Source: an uncultured Gemmatimonadales bacterium
GTDB taxonomy: Bacteria; Gemmatimonadota; Gemmatimonadetes; Longimicrobiales; Longimicrobiaceae
NCBI GenBank assembly: GCA_963716255.1
Contig: OY970303.1
Location: 160,001 to 224,000 of the forward strand
Reading direction: 5' to 3'
DNA length: 64,000 nucleotides
The position numbers were made by a program, and so were the translations under genes. Numbering within the stretch: the first letter of the stretch is position 1; each line of letters begins with the position of its first letter. This document shows positions 20,026 through 29,436 of the stretch, one piece after another. The notes beneath the pieces are model-generated. The model was given only the letters and a program-made list of their open reading frames with translations. It was not told where the DNA came from and made no database searches.

Positions 20026-22500
20026 ATGAAGCGCATCCTCGTCGCCATGCTGGCGCTCTCCCTGGTGGGGAGCGCCGCGTCCATGCAGGCGCAGACGCCC
20101 GGGCCGGGCGCGCCCGGCGCCCGCCCACCCACGCCCGCCGCCGGGGAGATCCGCGGCACCGTCGTGGACGCCGAGAGCAGCACCCCCGTCGCCGCAGCCT
20201 CGGTGGAGGTGCGCAGCGCGGCCGACTCGTCGCTGGTCACCGGGGCCGTGGCCCGCCCGGACGGCTCCTTCCGGGTGGAGGGGCTGCGCCCGGGGCGCTA
20301 CTTCCTGCGGGTGAGCGCCATCGGCTACACGCCGCTGAGGACGGCGGGGCTCGCGATCGACCCGGCCGCCCCCCGCGCGAGCGCGGGCAGCATCCGCCTG
20401 GCCCGCAGCGCCGTTGCGCTGGAGGGGCTGGTGGTGACCGGGGAGCGCAGCTCGGTCGCGATCGCGCCGGACCGCAACACCTACCGCGCGAGGGACGTGG
20501 CGCCCGCAGGCGGGACCGCCTCCGACGTGCTCCAGGCGGTGCCCTCGGTGGAGGTGGACGGCGACGGCAAGGTGAGCCTTCGCGGCAACGAGAACGTGGC
20601 CGTGCAGATCAACGGGCGCCCGGCCCCCCTCGGGGGCTCGCAGCTCGCCGCCTACCTCAAGCAGCTCCCCGCCGGCATGCTGGACCGCGTGGAGGTGGTG
20701 CCCAACCCGTCGGCCAAGTACGACCCGGAGGGAATGGCGGGGATCATCAACATCGTCCTGAAGCAGAACGTGGACCTGGGCATGAGCGGCGGCCTGCTCC
20801 TGGGCGCGGCCACGGCGGACCGCTACACCGTCTCCGGCAACCTGGGCTACCAGGCCGGGCCGCTCACCGCCTTCCTGACCTACGGCTTCAACTCGGACCA
20901 GCGGGAGTTCCAGGGCGTCAATGACCGGGAGCGCCTGGGCGCGGGCCGCTCGCCGCTCTCCTTCACGGAGCAGGACATCGCGGGCGACAACGGAAACGCC
21001 GGCCACAACCTGACCACCAGCGTGGACTACCGCCTGGGCGAGCGCGACGTGCTCTCCTCGTCGCTCCTCCTCAACCTGCGCGGCGCCACCGACGCCTCCA
21101 CCAGCGAATACAGCGAGTGGAACGCCACGCGCGCCCTGCTGTCGCAGTACGACCGGATCCGCGACTCGGAGACGGACGGCACCATGGTGGACTACACGCT
21201 GGCCTTCAAGCGCACGATGGAGCCGCAGCGCCACGAGCTCGCCACGGAGGTGCGCCTGAACCGCGCCCGGGACGAGGACCGCACGGAGCTGTGGCGGAAC
21301 CCGCTGGACGCCTCCGGCCCGCTGGAGGCGCAGACGGACGCGCTGGACGCCCTCACCTACCAGCTCACGGCCCAGGCCGACTACACGCGCGCCTTCGGGG
21401 AGCGGAGCAAGCTGGAGACGGGATACAAGGGGACGGCGCGGTGGCTGGACCGCGACTTCCGCGTCCTCACGGACTCGCTGGGAACGGGCGCCTGGACGGC
21501 GAGCACCCTGAGCAACGACCTGGAGTTCGACGAGAAGGTGAACGCGGTGTACGGGGTGCTGAGCCACGGGGTGGGCAAGGTGGAGATGCAGGCGGGTCTG
21601 CGGGCGGAGCGCGCCAGCCGCGACTTCTCGCTGTCCGGCGGGGCGAGCTACCCGCACAGCTACACCAGCTTCTTCCCCAGCGCGCTGGCGGCGTACAACC
21701 TGGACGACGCCACGCAGGTGAAGCTCAGCTACTCGCGCCGCATCCGCAGGCCGGGGACGCAGGAGCTGAACCCCTTCCCGGTGTTCATGGACGTGCAGAA
21801 CGTGTTCCTGGGCAACCCCGGGTTGAACCCGGAGTACACGGACGCGGTGGAGCTTGGCTTCCAGCGCTCGGGGCGGCTGGGCTCGGTGCAGGTGTCGCCC
21901 TTCTACCGCCGCACCACGGACGTCATCCGCATCATCGTAAACACGGCGGACTCGGTGGCCGGGCGCGAGGTGACGTCGGTGAGCTTCAAGAACCTGGACA
22001 CGGGGAGCTCCTGGGGCTCGGACGTGAACGGCTCGCTGCGGCTGGGCAAGGCGTTCAGCGGCCTGGCGGGGTTCAACGTGTTCAAGATGGTGACCGAGGG
22101 CACCAGCGGCGTGGCCAGCCTGTCGTCGGACGCGGTCACCTGGTCGGCGCGGGTCAACGGCACCTACAACCTGTCGCCGCGCACTTCGTTCCAGGGGTCG
22201 TACTTCTACCGCGCGCCAATGAACATCGAGGGGGGCCGCTTTGCCAGCTCGTCCATGGCCAACGTCTCCGTCCGGCAGAAGCTGATGGGCGAGAAGGCGA
22301 GCGTCAGCCTGCGCGTGTCGGACCCGTTCGATACCAACCGCTTCCGCGTGGAGGCCGGGAACGACCAGATCTTCCAGCTCACGGAGCGCCGGTTCAACTC
22401 GCGGGCGGTGCACCTCACCTTCCAGTACAACTTCGGGCAGGCACCCAAGATCAGGCAGCGGCCGCAGGAGCAACCGGCGACGCCGGGGTTCCCGGGGTAG
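20026..22500 (+). CDS. TonB-dependent outer-membrane receptor
   Basis: Signal peptide, CarboxypepD-like domain, plug (NPSAKYDPEGMAGIINIVLK), GNPGLNPE, C-terminal YNFG. Confidence 0.9.
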   Translation: MKRILVAMLALSLVGSAASMQAQTPGPGAPGARPPTPAAGEIRGTVVDAESSTPVAAASVEVRSAADSSLVTGAVARPDGSFRVEGLRPGRYFLRVSAIGYTPLRTAGLAIDPAAPRASAGSIRLARSAVALEGLVVTGERSSVAIAPDRNTYRARDVAPAGGTASDVLQAVPSVEVDGDGKVSLRGNENVAVQINGRPAPLGGSQLAAYLKQLPAGMLDRVEVVPNPSAKYDPEGMAGIINIVLKQNVDLGMSGGLLLGAATADRYTVSGNLGYQAGPLTAFLTYGFNSDQREFQGVNDRERLGAGRSPLSFTEQDIAGDNGNAGHNLTTSVDYRLGERDVLSSSLLLNLRGATDASTSEYSEWNATRALLSQYDRIRDSETDGTMVDYTLAFKRTMEPQRHELATEVRLNRARDEDRTELWRNPLDASGPLEAQTDALDALTYQLTAQADYTRAFGERSKLETGYKGTARWLDRDFRVLTDSLGTGAWTASTLSNDLEFDEKVNAVYGVLSHGVGKVEMQAGLRAERASRDFSLSGGASYPHSYTSFFPSALAAYNLDDATQVKLSYSRRIRRPGTQELNPFPVFMDVQNVFLGNPGLNPEYTDAVELGFQRSGRLGSVQVSPFYRRTTDVIRIIVNTADSVAGREVTSVSFKNLDTGSSWGSDVNGSLRLGKAFSGLAGFNVFKMVTEGTSGVASLSSDAVTWSARVNGTYNLSPRTSFQGSYFYRAPMNIEGGRFASSSMANVSVRQKLMGEKASVSLRVSDPFDTNRFRVEAGNDQIFQLTERRFNSRAVHLTFQYNFGQAPKIRQRPQEQPATPGFPG

Positions 22501-22530
22501 GCGGCGCGGCGGCACCGGCGTAGACGAAGC

Positions 22531-22558
22531 GAGGGGCTCCCGGATCCGGGAGCCCCTC
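22531..22558. terminator. Hairpin between convergent genes
   Basis: GAGGGGCTCCCGG/CCGGGAGCCCCTC. Confidence 0.65.
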
Positions 22559-22579
22559 TGCATTAATTGAAGAGGCAAA

Positions 22580-24511
22580 TCAATTATCTAAGGGGCTCCC
22601 ATCTTCAGGGATTTTAGCAAGCCAGCCCCGGACCTGCTCTGCGTTTTCGGTAGCCCCTTCGCGCTCGAGTAGCTTGATTGCTCTCTCCAGAACGTTTCGG
22701 GCGCCCACCTGATCACCCTGTGCGCTGAGAACCCTACCCAGATTACCATACGCCTTCGCCGCTTCCCTCACCCGGCCAAGGCGCCAATTGAGCTGAACCG
22801 ATTTCCGGTGCATCTGCTCTGCACCGTCTAAATCACCGCGCTTCAAGAGTAGAAGACCAAAATTGCGATAGGCATCTGGATTACCGTTCTGAAGGCCGAG
22901 GTGCTCGTTGATCTCCAGTGATTTCCGGTGCATCTGTTCCGCACCGTCAAAATCCCCGCGTGCGTCGAGCACTATCCCAAGATTACCGTAAGCAATTGAC
23001 ATTCCCTCCAGGCCGCCCAGACGTTCATTGATCTCCAAGGACCTACAATACATTTGCTCAGCTGCATCCAGATCCCCGCGAGCGTATAGCACGTTCCCGA
23101 GGCTACCAAAAGTACCTGCCATCCCCTCCTGATCCCCAAGGCGTTCGTTAATCTCCATCGATTTGCGGTGCATTTGCTCTGCCAGGTCTAGGTCTCCTCG
23201 CGAGAGGAGCACAATTCCTAGGTTATCGTAAGCACGCGCTACCCCCTCCATCCAGCCGACGCGTTCATGGAACTCTAGTGCTTTGCGTTGCATCTGCTCC
23301 GCTACCTCCAGATCCCCTCGCGAGAAGAGCACATTCCCTAGATTACCGTAATCGTTCGCCAGCCCGTCAAGGCGGTTTAGGCGCTCATTTATTTCGGTGG
23401 CCTTTCGGTATATCTGCTCCGCCGCGCCCAAATCCCCTCGTATGAAGGCAATGTTACCGAGGTTGGTGTATGCATTCGCCATTCCCGCGACCTCACCTAA
23501 GCGCTCGTTGATCTCCAGGGCGGTACGATACAACTGCTCGGCTGCATCCAGTTCCCCTCGGATTTGGAAAACGTTGCCAAGAGCCATGTTACCCTTCGCC
23601 TGGATGGCTTTTTCGCCCCTCTCCTCCGACAGTTCAATCGCACGGCGGTACAGTTCGGTGGCTTGTGCCAGGCGCCCGTCGCGCTTCAGGAAGAGTCCAT
23701 ATGAGATCAGAACGTCGGGGCCGGCACCACGGACTACGGCTCGCGCAAACAAAGCCTCCGCATCAGTGCGCTTTCCGTTTTCAGCGAGTTGGAGGGCATC
23801 GGCTACAAGATCAGCGTCCGCAATCCTCGGCACCGGCGCCGCAACCTCCCGCGCGCGATCAGTTGCGGAACCAATCTCGGTTGACGGAGTGATTGCGACT
23901 GGCGCTCGGTATGGCTGCTGCCCCTTTTCGTGTACACGCAACCATCTAGCAAGATGCCGCGTCACCTGATCCTCGAACGAACGGAGTTCGTCGAAGTTCT
24001 GGTAAAGATGTTGCTTCGATCCCTCAAGGCTCTTCTTGAATGTCAGCACACCTTGTAGCTGTGGCCCAGGATCACTGAGCTTGTCTGTGGTCACAGCCTT
24101 AAAAAATACAACGATCTGCTGCATTGGCAGATCGGGATCGCGCAGACAATCGAGAGCGAGGTGAAACTCTTCCTCGACACCTGAACTGAAGTGCCCTTCA
24201 GTGTCGGTTGAGCTTCCCCATCGGTCCCACAGCACCAGAACAAAGAAATCACATTCACGGAGTTCCTCGTTGATGAGGTACTGAGGCCGGCCCACCCCTC
24301 CAAGCGTCTCTTCCCATCCGACCGCGTGAAAAATGACGCCGCGGGCGATGGCATCCATCTCGTTGTAACGGCGGAGGGTCTCCCGGAAGGCGTCGCGCTC
24401 CTCATCCAGCCCACCGGGAGAAGCGATGAAGACACGGTAGGCTTTCAGATCAATGGGCAAGGAACACCGGATCCAAGTGAAAGGGAGCGTGCCACGCCGG
24501 CCTTCAGCCAC
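22580..24511 (-). CDS. DUF4062/TIR-like N-terminal domain plus 40-aa TPR array (start may be TTG 24460)
   Basis: VFIASPGGLDEER...GWEE...PQYLIN...CDFFVLVLWDRWGS...EEEF; repeats AY-x-NLG-x-V-x-x-x-RGDLD-x-AEQM-x-RKSLEINERL; visibly lower GC. Confidence 0.82.
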   Translation of the reverse strand: MAEGRRGTLPFTWIRCSLPIDLKAYRVFIASPGGLDEERDAFRETLRRYNEMDAIARGVIFHAVGWEETLGGVGRPQYLINEELRECDFFVLVLWDRWGSSTDTEGHFSSGVEEEFHLALDCLRDPDLPMQQIVVFFKAVTTDKLSDPGPQLQGVLTFKKSLEGSKQHLYQNFDELRSFEDQVTRHLARWLRVHEKGQQPYRAPVAITPSTEIGSATDRAREVAAPVPRIADADLVADALQLAENGKRTDAEALFARAVVRGAGPDVLISYGLFLKRDGRLAQATELYRRAIELSEERGEKAIQAKGNMALGNVFQIRGELDAAEQLYRTALEINERLGEVAGMANAYTNLGNIAFIRGDLGAAEQIYRKATEINERLNRLDGLANDYGNLGNVLFSRGDLEVAEQMQRKALEFHERVGWMEGVARAYDNLGIVLLSRGDLDLAEQMHRKSMEINERLGDQEGMAGTFGSLGNVLYARGDLDAAEQMYCRSLEINERLGGLEGMSIAYGNLGIVLDARGDFDGAEQMHRKSLEINEHLGLQNGNPDAYRNFGLLLLKRGDLDGAEQMHRKSVQLNWRLGRVREAAKAYGNLGRVLSAQGDQVGARNVLERAIKLLEREGATENAEQVRGWLAKIPEDGSPLDN

Positions 24512-24549
24512 ACCACGTGAGGCTCGTCACAGCCGGACCAGATTCGTAC

Positions 24550-25470
24550 CTAGCGAACTTCCCCCCGCCCCAGCGCCATCCCCAGCCGCACCGGAATCTC
24601 CGGGCGCACCCCGGGCTCCAGCGCCACCCGCCCCGCCTCGAACAGCAGCACCACCGTGGACCCCAGGTGGAAGGTCATGATCTCGTCGCCCTGGCGGACG
24701 CGCACCGGCGGATCGTACCGCCGGGTCTCGCCCTCCGAGACGCCGCGGCGGTTGGTGACCCACGCGCTCCTCCCCGGCGGCGCGTTCCACGCCGGGTCGA
24801 ACGCGGCGGAGATGCGCCCCACGTTGTACGCGCCCACCGCGACCACGGCCACCCGCCCCAGCGGCCCGTCCAGGTAGCACACCAGCCGCTCGTTGCGCGC
24901 AAACAGCTCCGGCAGGTGCGCCACCGCCGGCGCGTTCACCGGCAGCAGCGCCCCCGGGACGTGCCGCGCCAGCCCGATCCGCCCGTCGCACGGGGCGTGG
25001 ATGCGGTGGTAGTCGCGCGGGCTCAGGTAGAGGGTGGCGAACGCCCCGCCGTCGAAGCGCGCCCCCTCCGCCGCGTCGTCCAGCAGTTCCGCCACCGAGT
25101 ACCAGCGCCCCTTGGCCTGGATCGCCCGCCCCTCGCGCACCGTCCCCACCTGCCCCGTCGCGCCGTCCACCGGGGACGCGGCGACGCCCGGGTCGCGCGG
25201 CCACTCGCGCGCGCCTTCCCGGAGCCTGCGCGTGAAGAAGCGGTTCAGCGAGGCGTACTCCTCCAGCCCCAGCTCCGCCTCGGCCGGGTCCGCGCCCACG
25301 GCGCGCGCGAACGCCCCAAGCACAGGCCGCCGCAGCGGCCGCGGCAACGGCACGTCCGCCACCCGCCCGAAGACGCGGCTGAAGGCGCCCTGCGGAACGC
25401 GCTTCAGCACGGACAGCATGGCGCGGCTCCGCCAGGGCGGCGGCGTGGGGAAGTCTTCGTCTCGGTTCAT
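24550..25470 (-). CDS. psd: Phosphatidylserine decarboxylase proenzyme
   Basis: FFTRRL, SPVDG, YLSPRDYHRIH, NERLV, autocleavage LGST. Confidence 0.93.
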   Translation of the reverse strand: MNRDEDFPTPPPWRSRAMLSVLKRVPQGAFSRVFGRVADVPLPRPLRRPVLGAFARAVGADPAEAELGLEEYASLNRFFTRRLREGAREWPRDPGVAASPVDGATGQVGTVREGRAIQAKGRWYSVAELLDDAAEGARFDGGAFATLYLSPRDYHRIHAPCDGRIGLARHVPGALLPVNAPAVAHLPELFARNERLVCYLDGPLGRVAVVAVGAYNVGRISAAFDPAWNAPPGRSAWVTNRRGVSEGETRRYDPPVRVRQGDEIMTFHLGSTVVLLFEAGRVALEPGVRPEIPVRLGMALGRGEVR

Positions 25471-25480
25471 CCGGAACTGC

Positions 25481-25590
25481 CAGGGAACAGGGAACAGGGA
25501 ACAGGGAACAGGGAACAGGGAACAGGGAACAGGGAACAGGGAACAGGGAACAGGGTTCGTCCGGTTCACGCGAAGCGTGAAGCGCCACAG
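25481..25590. repeat. (CAGGGAA)10+CAGGG perfect heptamer tandem repeat plus family D hairpin
   Basis: 25481-25555 counted directly; followed by CGGTTCACGCGAAGCGTGAAGCGCCACAG. Confidence 0.92.
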
Positions 25591-25604
25591 CCGGCAACGG
25601 CGGT

Positions 25605-25659
25605 CCTCACCCGGCTCGCTTGAGGCTCGCCACCCTCTCCCAAATCCTGGGAGAGGGGG
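25605..25659. repeat. Family B' REP-like double hairpin
   Basis: CCTCACCCGGCTCGCTTGAGGCTCGCCACCCTCTCCCA..TGGGAGAGGG; also at 45162, 54314 and 62361. Confidence 0.85.
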
Positions 25660-25792
25660 CAACGGCGGTGCCATGCGCAGACGCCGAGCTGGCGCCCGCG
25701 GGCCCCCACCCGGCGGCCCGAGAGCCGCCACCCTCCCCCGTGCCGGGGGAGGGGAATCTCCATGCTTCGATTCCTACCTTCAACGTGTCGTG

Positions 25793-25838
25793 CTCCCCCT
25801 CTCCCGCTTGCGGGGGAGGGGGCCGGGGGGAGGGGGCC
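25793..25838. repeat. Family B REP-like palindrome
   Basis: Identical to 6690-6735. Confidence 0.85.
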
Positions 25839-25862
25839 CTCGCGGACGCCAGCGCGGCGCCT

Positions 25863-25992
25863 GCGTGAGGGATTTCGGCCCGAAGGGGCGAGACCCCACG
25901 GCAGTATCGTGGGGGCTCGACTCCGTTGAGCAGCGTTGTTTGCTGCTCTACGGAGCCGAAGCCCGACCCCGGCGCCAGCCGGGGGCACGCCC
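25863..25992 (-). repeat. Family A element, copy 5
   Basis: Reverse complement of the consensus, between divergent genes. Confidence 0.9.
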
Positions 25993-26141
25993 GAACCTTT
26001 CGTAAGACGTCGCCGTTTCTCCATGCGCCCCGCGATGTGTTACATTCGCCGCTGCACGAACCGCCGGGCGCGCCGCTTGCACGCCCGCCCCGGCATCGCC
26101 GAACCGTGGAACGCACACCCGAGACCGGCTGGCACCGACAC

Positions 26142-27443
26142 GTGACCCGTTCATCCATACCGTCCATCCGCATCCCCTTCCGCCAGCACATGCTGGCCAA
26201 CGGCATGCGCGTCGTCGCCCACGAGGACCGCGGCGCCCCCATCGTCGCCGTGCACCTCATGTACCACGCCGGCTCGCGGCACGAGGTGCCCGGGCGCACG
26301 GGGCTGGCGCACCTGCTGGAGCACCTCATGTTCGAGGGCTCCCAGAACGCGCCCAAGGGCGCCTTCGACGACCTGCTGGAGCGCGCCGGCGGCACCAACA
26401 ACGGCTCCACCTGGCTGGACCGCACCGAGTACCACGAGGTGGTCCCCTCGCACGCCGTGGAGCTGGCGCTCTGGCTGGAGCGCGACCGCATGGCGCACTT
26501 CCTCCCGGTCCTCGGCGAGGAGATGCTGGAGCTGCAGCGCGGCGTGGTCATCAACGAGCGCAAGCAGCACTACGAGAACCGCCCCTACGGGCTGGCCGAC
26601 GAGCGGCTGGGGCAGCTCCTCTTCCCGGGCGAGCACCCCTACGGGTGGCCCACCATCGGGTACATTCCCGACCTGGAGGCCATCACCCTGGACGACGCGC
26701 GCACATTCTACGGGACGTACTACACCCCCAGCAACTCGGTGCTGGTGTTCGCGGGCGACGTGGCGGCGGACGACGCCTTCGAGCTGGCGGAGCGCTACTA
26801 CGGCGACCTCCCCGCCGGCCCCGCTCTCCCGGAGCTCGCCGCCGTGCCCGCCCCCGCCGCGGGGCACCGCCGCGAGACGCTGCCGGACCGGGTGACCTTT
26901 CCGCGCGTGTACCGCGCCTGGGACGTTCCCGCCTACGGCTCGCCGGACTGGGTCGCGCTGGACGTGCTGGCGTACCTGCTGGCCGACGGGGACAGCTCGC
27001 GCATGCAGCGGGCGCTGGTGCGCGACGGGCGAATCGCGCAGGAGACGGACACGTACCTGTATCCCACCGAGCTGCGCGGGGTGTTCGGGGCGGTGGCGAC
27101 CTCGCGCACCGGCGTGGCGCCGGAGGCGCTGGAGGAGGCCATCCACCGGACGGTCGCGGAGGTGGCGGCCGGCGCGGCCACGGAGGCGGAGGTGACGGCC
27201 GCGCTGCGCCGCGTGCGGCGCGACCAGGTGGCCGAGCTGGCGACGGCGGAGGGGCGCGCCGAGGCGCTGGCCTACGCGGCCACCACGCTGGGCGGGCCGG
27301 AGCGGCTGGACGAGCTGATGGATGCGTACGCCCGCGTCACCCCGGAGGACGTGGCCCGGGTGGCGGGCGAGCACCTGCGCGCCGACACGGGCGCCACCGT
27401 CGTCGTGGTTCCCTCCGGCGAGGAGGCCCGCGATGCAGCGTGA
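26142..27443 (+). CDS. M16 peptidase, catalytic subunit (start GTG 26142 or ATG 26190)
   Basis: LANG, GLAHLLEHLMF (HxxEH), YYTPSN. Confidence 0.9.
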   Translation: MTRSSIPSIRIPFRQHMLANGMRVVAHEDRGAPIVAVHLMYHAGSRHEVPGRTGLAHLLEHLMFEGSQNAPKGAFDDLLERAGGTNNGSTWLDRTEYHEVVPSHAVELALWLERDRMAHFLPVLGEEMLELQRGVVINERKQHYENRPYGLADERLGQLLFPGEHPYGWPTIGYIPDLEAITLDDARTFYGTYYTPSNSVLVFAGDVAADDAFELAERYYGDLPAGPALPELAAVPAPAAGHRRETLPDRVTFPRVYRAWDVPAYGSPDWVALDVLAYLLADGDSSRMQRALVRDGRIAQETDTYLYPTELRGVFGAVATSRTGVAPEALEEAIHRTVAEVAAGAATEAEVTAALRRVRRDQVAELATAEGRAEALAYAATTLGGPERLDELMDAYARVTPEDVARVAGEHLRADTGATVVVVPSGEEARDAA

Positions 27444-28761
27444 CGCCGGCCTCCCCCGGGTGATGGAGGCGCCCGTGCTGGGCGCCCCCCCGGTCCCCAC
27501 CGTCCCGCGCCCCGAGCGCTGGACGCTCGACAACGGGCTGCGGGTGGTGGCGGTGCCCCGCGCCGGGATCCCGCAGGTGGCGCTGCGGCTGGTGGTCCCC
27601 GCCGGCTCCGCGGGGGACCCGCGCGAGTACCCGGGCACCGCGTCGCTGGTGGCGGCGCTCCTCACGGAGGGGACCACGTCGCTGGACGCCGACGCGCTCA
27701 ACGAGCGCATCGACGCGCTGGGGGCCTCGGTGAGCGCGCACGCCGGGCACGACTACGCCGAGGTCGAGGTGACGCTGCTGGGGGGAACGCTGGACGAGGG
27801 GCTCCCGCTCCTCGCCGAGCTGGCGACCCGCCCGGCCTTCCCGGAGGACGAGACGGAGCGCGTCCGCGAGGAGGCGCTGGACGCCCTCGCCTCGCGCGGC
27901 GACGAGCCGGCCAACGTGGCCGACGACCGGGCGCTGCTGGAGGTGTTCGGGCCGGAGCACCCGTACGGGCGCCCGTCCTTCGGGACCGAGGCGGGGGTCG
28001 CGGCGGTGCCGCGCGAGGCGCTGGCCGCCTTCCACGCGGATCGCTACCGCCCGCGCGGGTCGTACCTGGTGGCCGCGGGCGACTTCGACCTGGCCGAGCT
28101 GCGCGCGGCGCTGGAGCGCGCCTTCGGCGCCTGGACGGGGGAGGCCGCGCCGGTGGCTTATCCGCCGGCGCCGGAGCGCCCGGCGCGAGCGGGGGAGCGG
28201 GTGGCGCTCCCCTGGGAGGACTCGGCGCAGGGGGAGATCCGCATCGGGGGGGTGGGGCTGGTGCGCGGCGCCCCGGACTGGGTCGCCGCGTCGGTGGCCA
28301 ACTACGTCCTGGGGGGGAGCACCATCCTGGGGCGGCTGGGCGCCAACCTGCGCGAGGAGAAGGGGTGGACGTACGGCGTGCGCTCCGCCTTCTCGGCGGG
28401 GGTGGTGCCGGGCGGGTGGTCGGCGGAAACGGCGGTGGGGGCGGAGGTCACCGAGGACGCCGTGCGGGAGATGCTGGCGGAGATGCGCCGCATGGCCGCC
28501 GAGCCGATCCCGGAGGAGGAGCTGCGCAGGGCGAAGGACGCGCTGATCCTGTCGCTCCCCCGCGCCTTCGAGACCCCGTCGCGTGTGGCCAGCCGCTTTT
28601 CCACGCTGGAGGCGTACGGGCTGCCGGCGGACTACTGGGACCGCTTCCCGGAGCGGGTGGAGGCGGTCACCGCGGAGGAGGTGCTGCGGGTGTCGCGGGA
28701 GCACTTCGACCCAGCGCGCCTGGTGACGGTCACCGTGGGCGGCGGCGGGGCCGCGGAGTAG
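27433..28761 (+). CDS. M16 peptidase, non-catalytic partner subunit
   Basis: LDNGLRV, no HxxEH, LREEKGWTYG (R/Y pair); RBS AGGAGG. Confidence 0.9.
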   Translation: MQRDAGLPRVMEAPVLGAPPVPTVPRPERWTLDNGLRVVAVPRAGIPQVALRLVVPAGSAGDPREYPGTASLVAALLTEGTTSLDADALNERIDALGASVSAHAGHDYAEVEVTLLGGTLDEGLPLLAELATRPAFPEDETERVREEALDALASRGDEPANVADDRALLEVFGPEHPYGRPSFGTEAGVAAVPREALAAFHADRYRPRGSYLVAAGDFDLAELRAALERAFGAWTGEAAPVAYPPAPERPARAGERVALPWEDSAQGEIRIGGVGLVRGAPDWVAASVANYVLGGSTILGRLGANLREEKGWTYGVRSAFSAGVVPGGWSAETAVGAEVTEDAVREMLAEMRRMAAEPIPEEELRRAKDALILSLPRAFETPSRVASRFSTLEAYGLPADYWDRFPERVEAVTAEEVLRVSREHFDPARLVTVTVGGGGAAE

Positions 28762-28843
28762 GATCCCGCAGAGCAGAGCGCCCCCGCCCCCGGGATGGTC
28801 CGGGGACGGGGGCGCCGCCGTCGGGGAGGCCCGACCCCGGAAG

Positions 28844-29146
28844 CTACGCTTCCTTGCCCCCCCGCCACGCCGCGTCGTCGTCCGCCTCGAAGGCGGCGTC
28901 CACCGTCTCGGGCGCGGGCGCGGGGTGCGCCCAGGGCGCCTGCCGCATGACGCCGTCCCAGCCGCACGACATGCACCAGCGCAGGTGCAGGAACCTGCCG
29001 AGCGGGCGGAGCAGGCGGTTGCGGATGGGGATGGTCTCCGACCCGCAGCGGGGGCAGTCGCGCCCCGGGGGGAGGAAGGCGACCAGGAGGGCGATCGGCG
29101 ACACGAGCATCGCGATCCAGAGGGCGACGATGAACATCCAGAACAT
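28844..29146 (-). CDS. Small membrane-anchored zinc-ribbon protein
   Basis: N-terminal TM, CPRCG...CMSCGW; RBS AAGGAGG. Confidence 0.7.
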   Translation of the reverse strand: MFWMFIVALWIAMLVSPIALLVAFLPPGRDCPRCGSETIPIRNRLLRPLGRFLHLRWCMSCGWDGVMRQAPWAHPAPAPETVDAAFEADDDAAWRGGKEA

Positions 29147-29436
29147 GGGGACCTCCTTGCGGCGGCGCGGCTTCGGCCTCCCGAGACCCTCTCGGGTGAA
29201 CGGCGTCCTGTGGTGAGGGATCGACGGTTCCCGGAACTGCCCCGCCCCTGCGTCGACGGGTCGTCCTGCACCGCGCTCGCCGGTTACGCCTTCCGTGCGG
29301 ATCGAGCAAGTTTCGCACCGGTTCTCGCCCTGCCGCGCGGGGGCCCGGAGGCCCGCGGACCGGCCGTCCCCGACCGTCGATTTTCCCCATGCCATGTCCG
29401 TGCCAGACAACCGCTTGAGCGCACACCCCTCCGGCC

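Noticed and set aside
25471..25731. N-terminal PVPCSLF-repeat extension of psd in the ORF track
   Set aside because: Artefact of translating the heptamer repeat and REP elements; homology starts near ATG 25470
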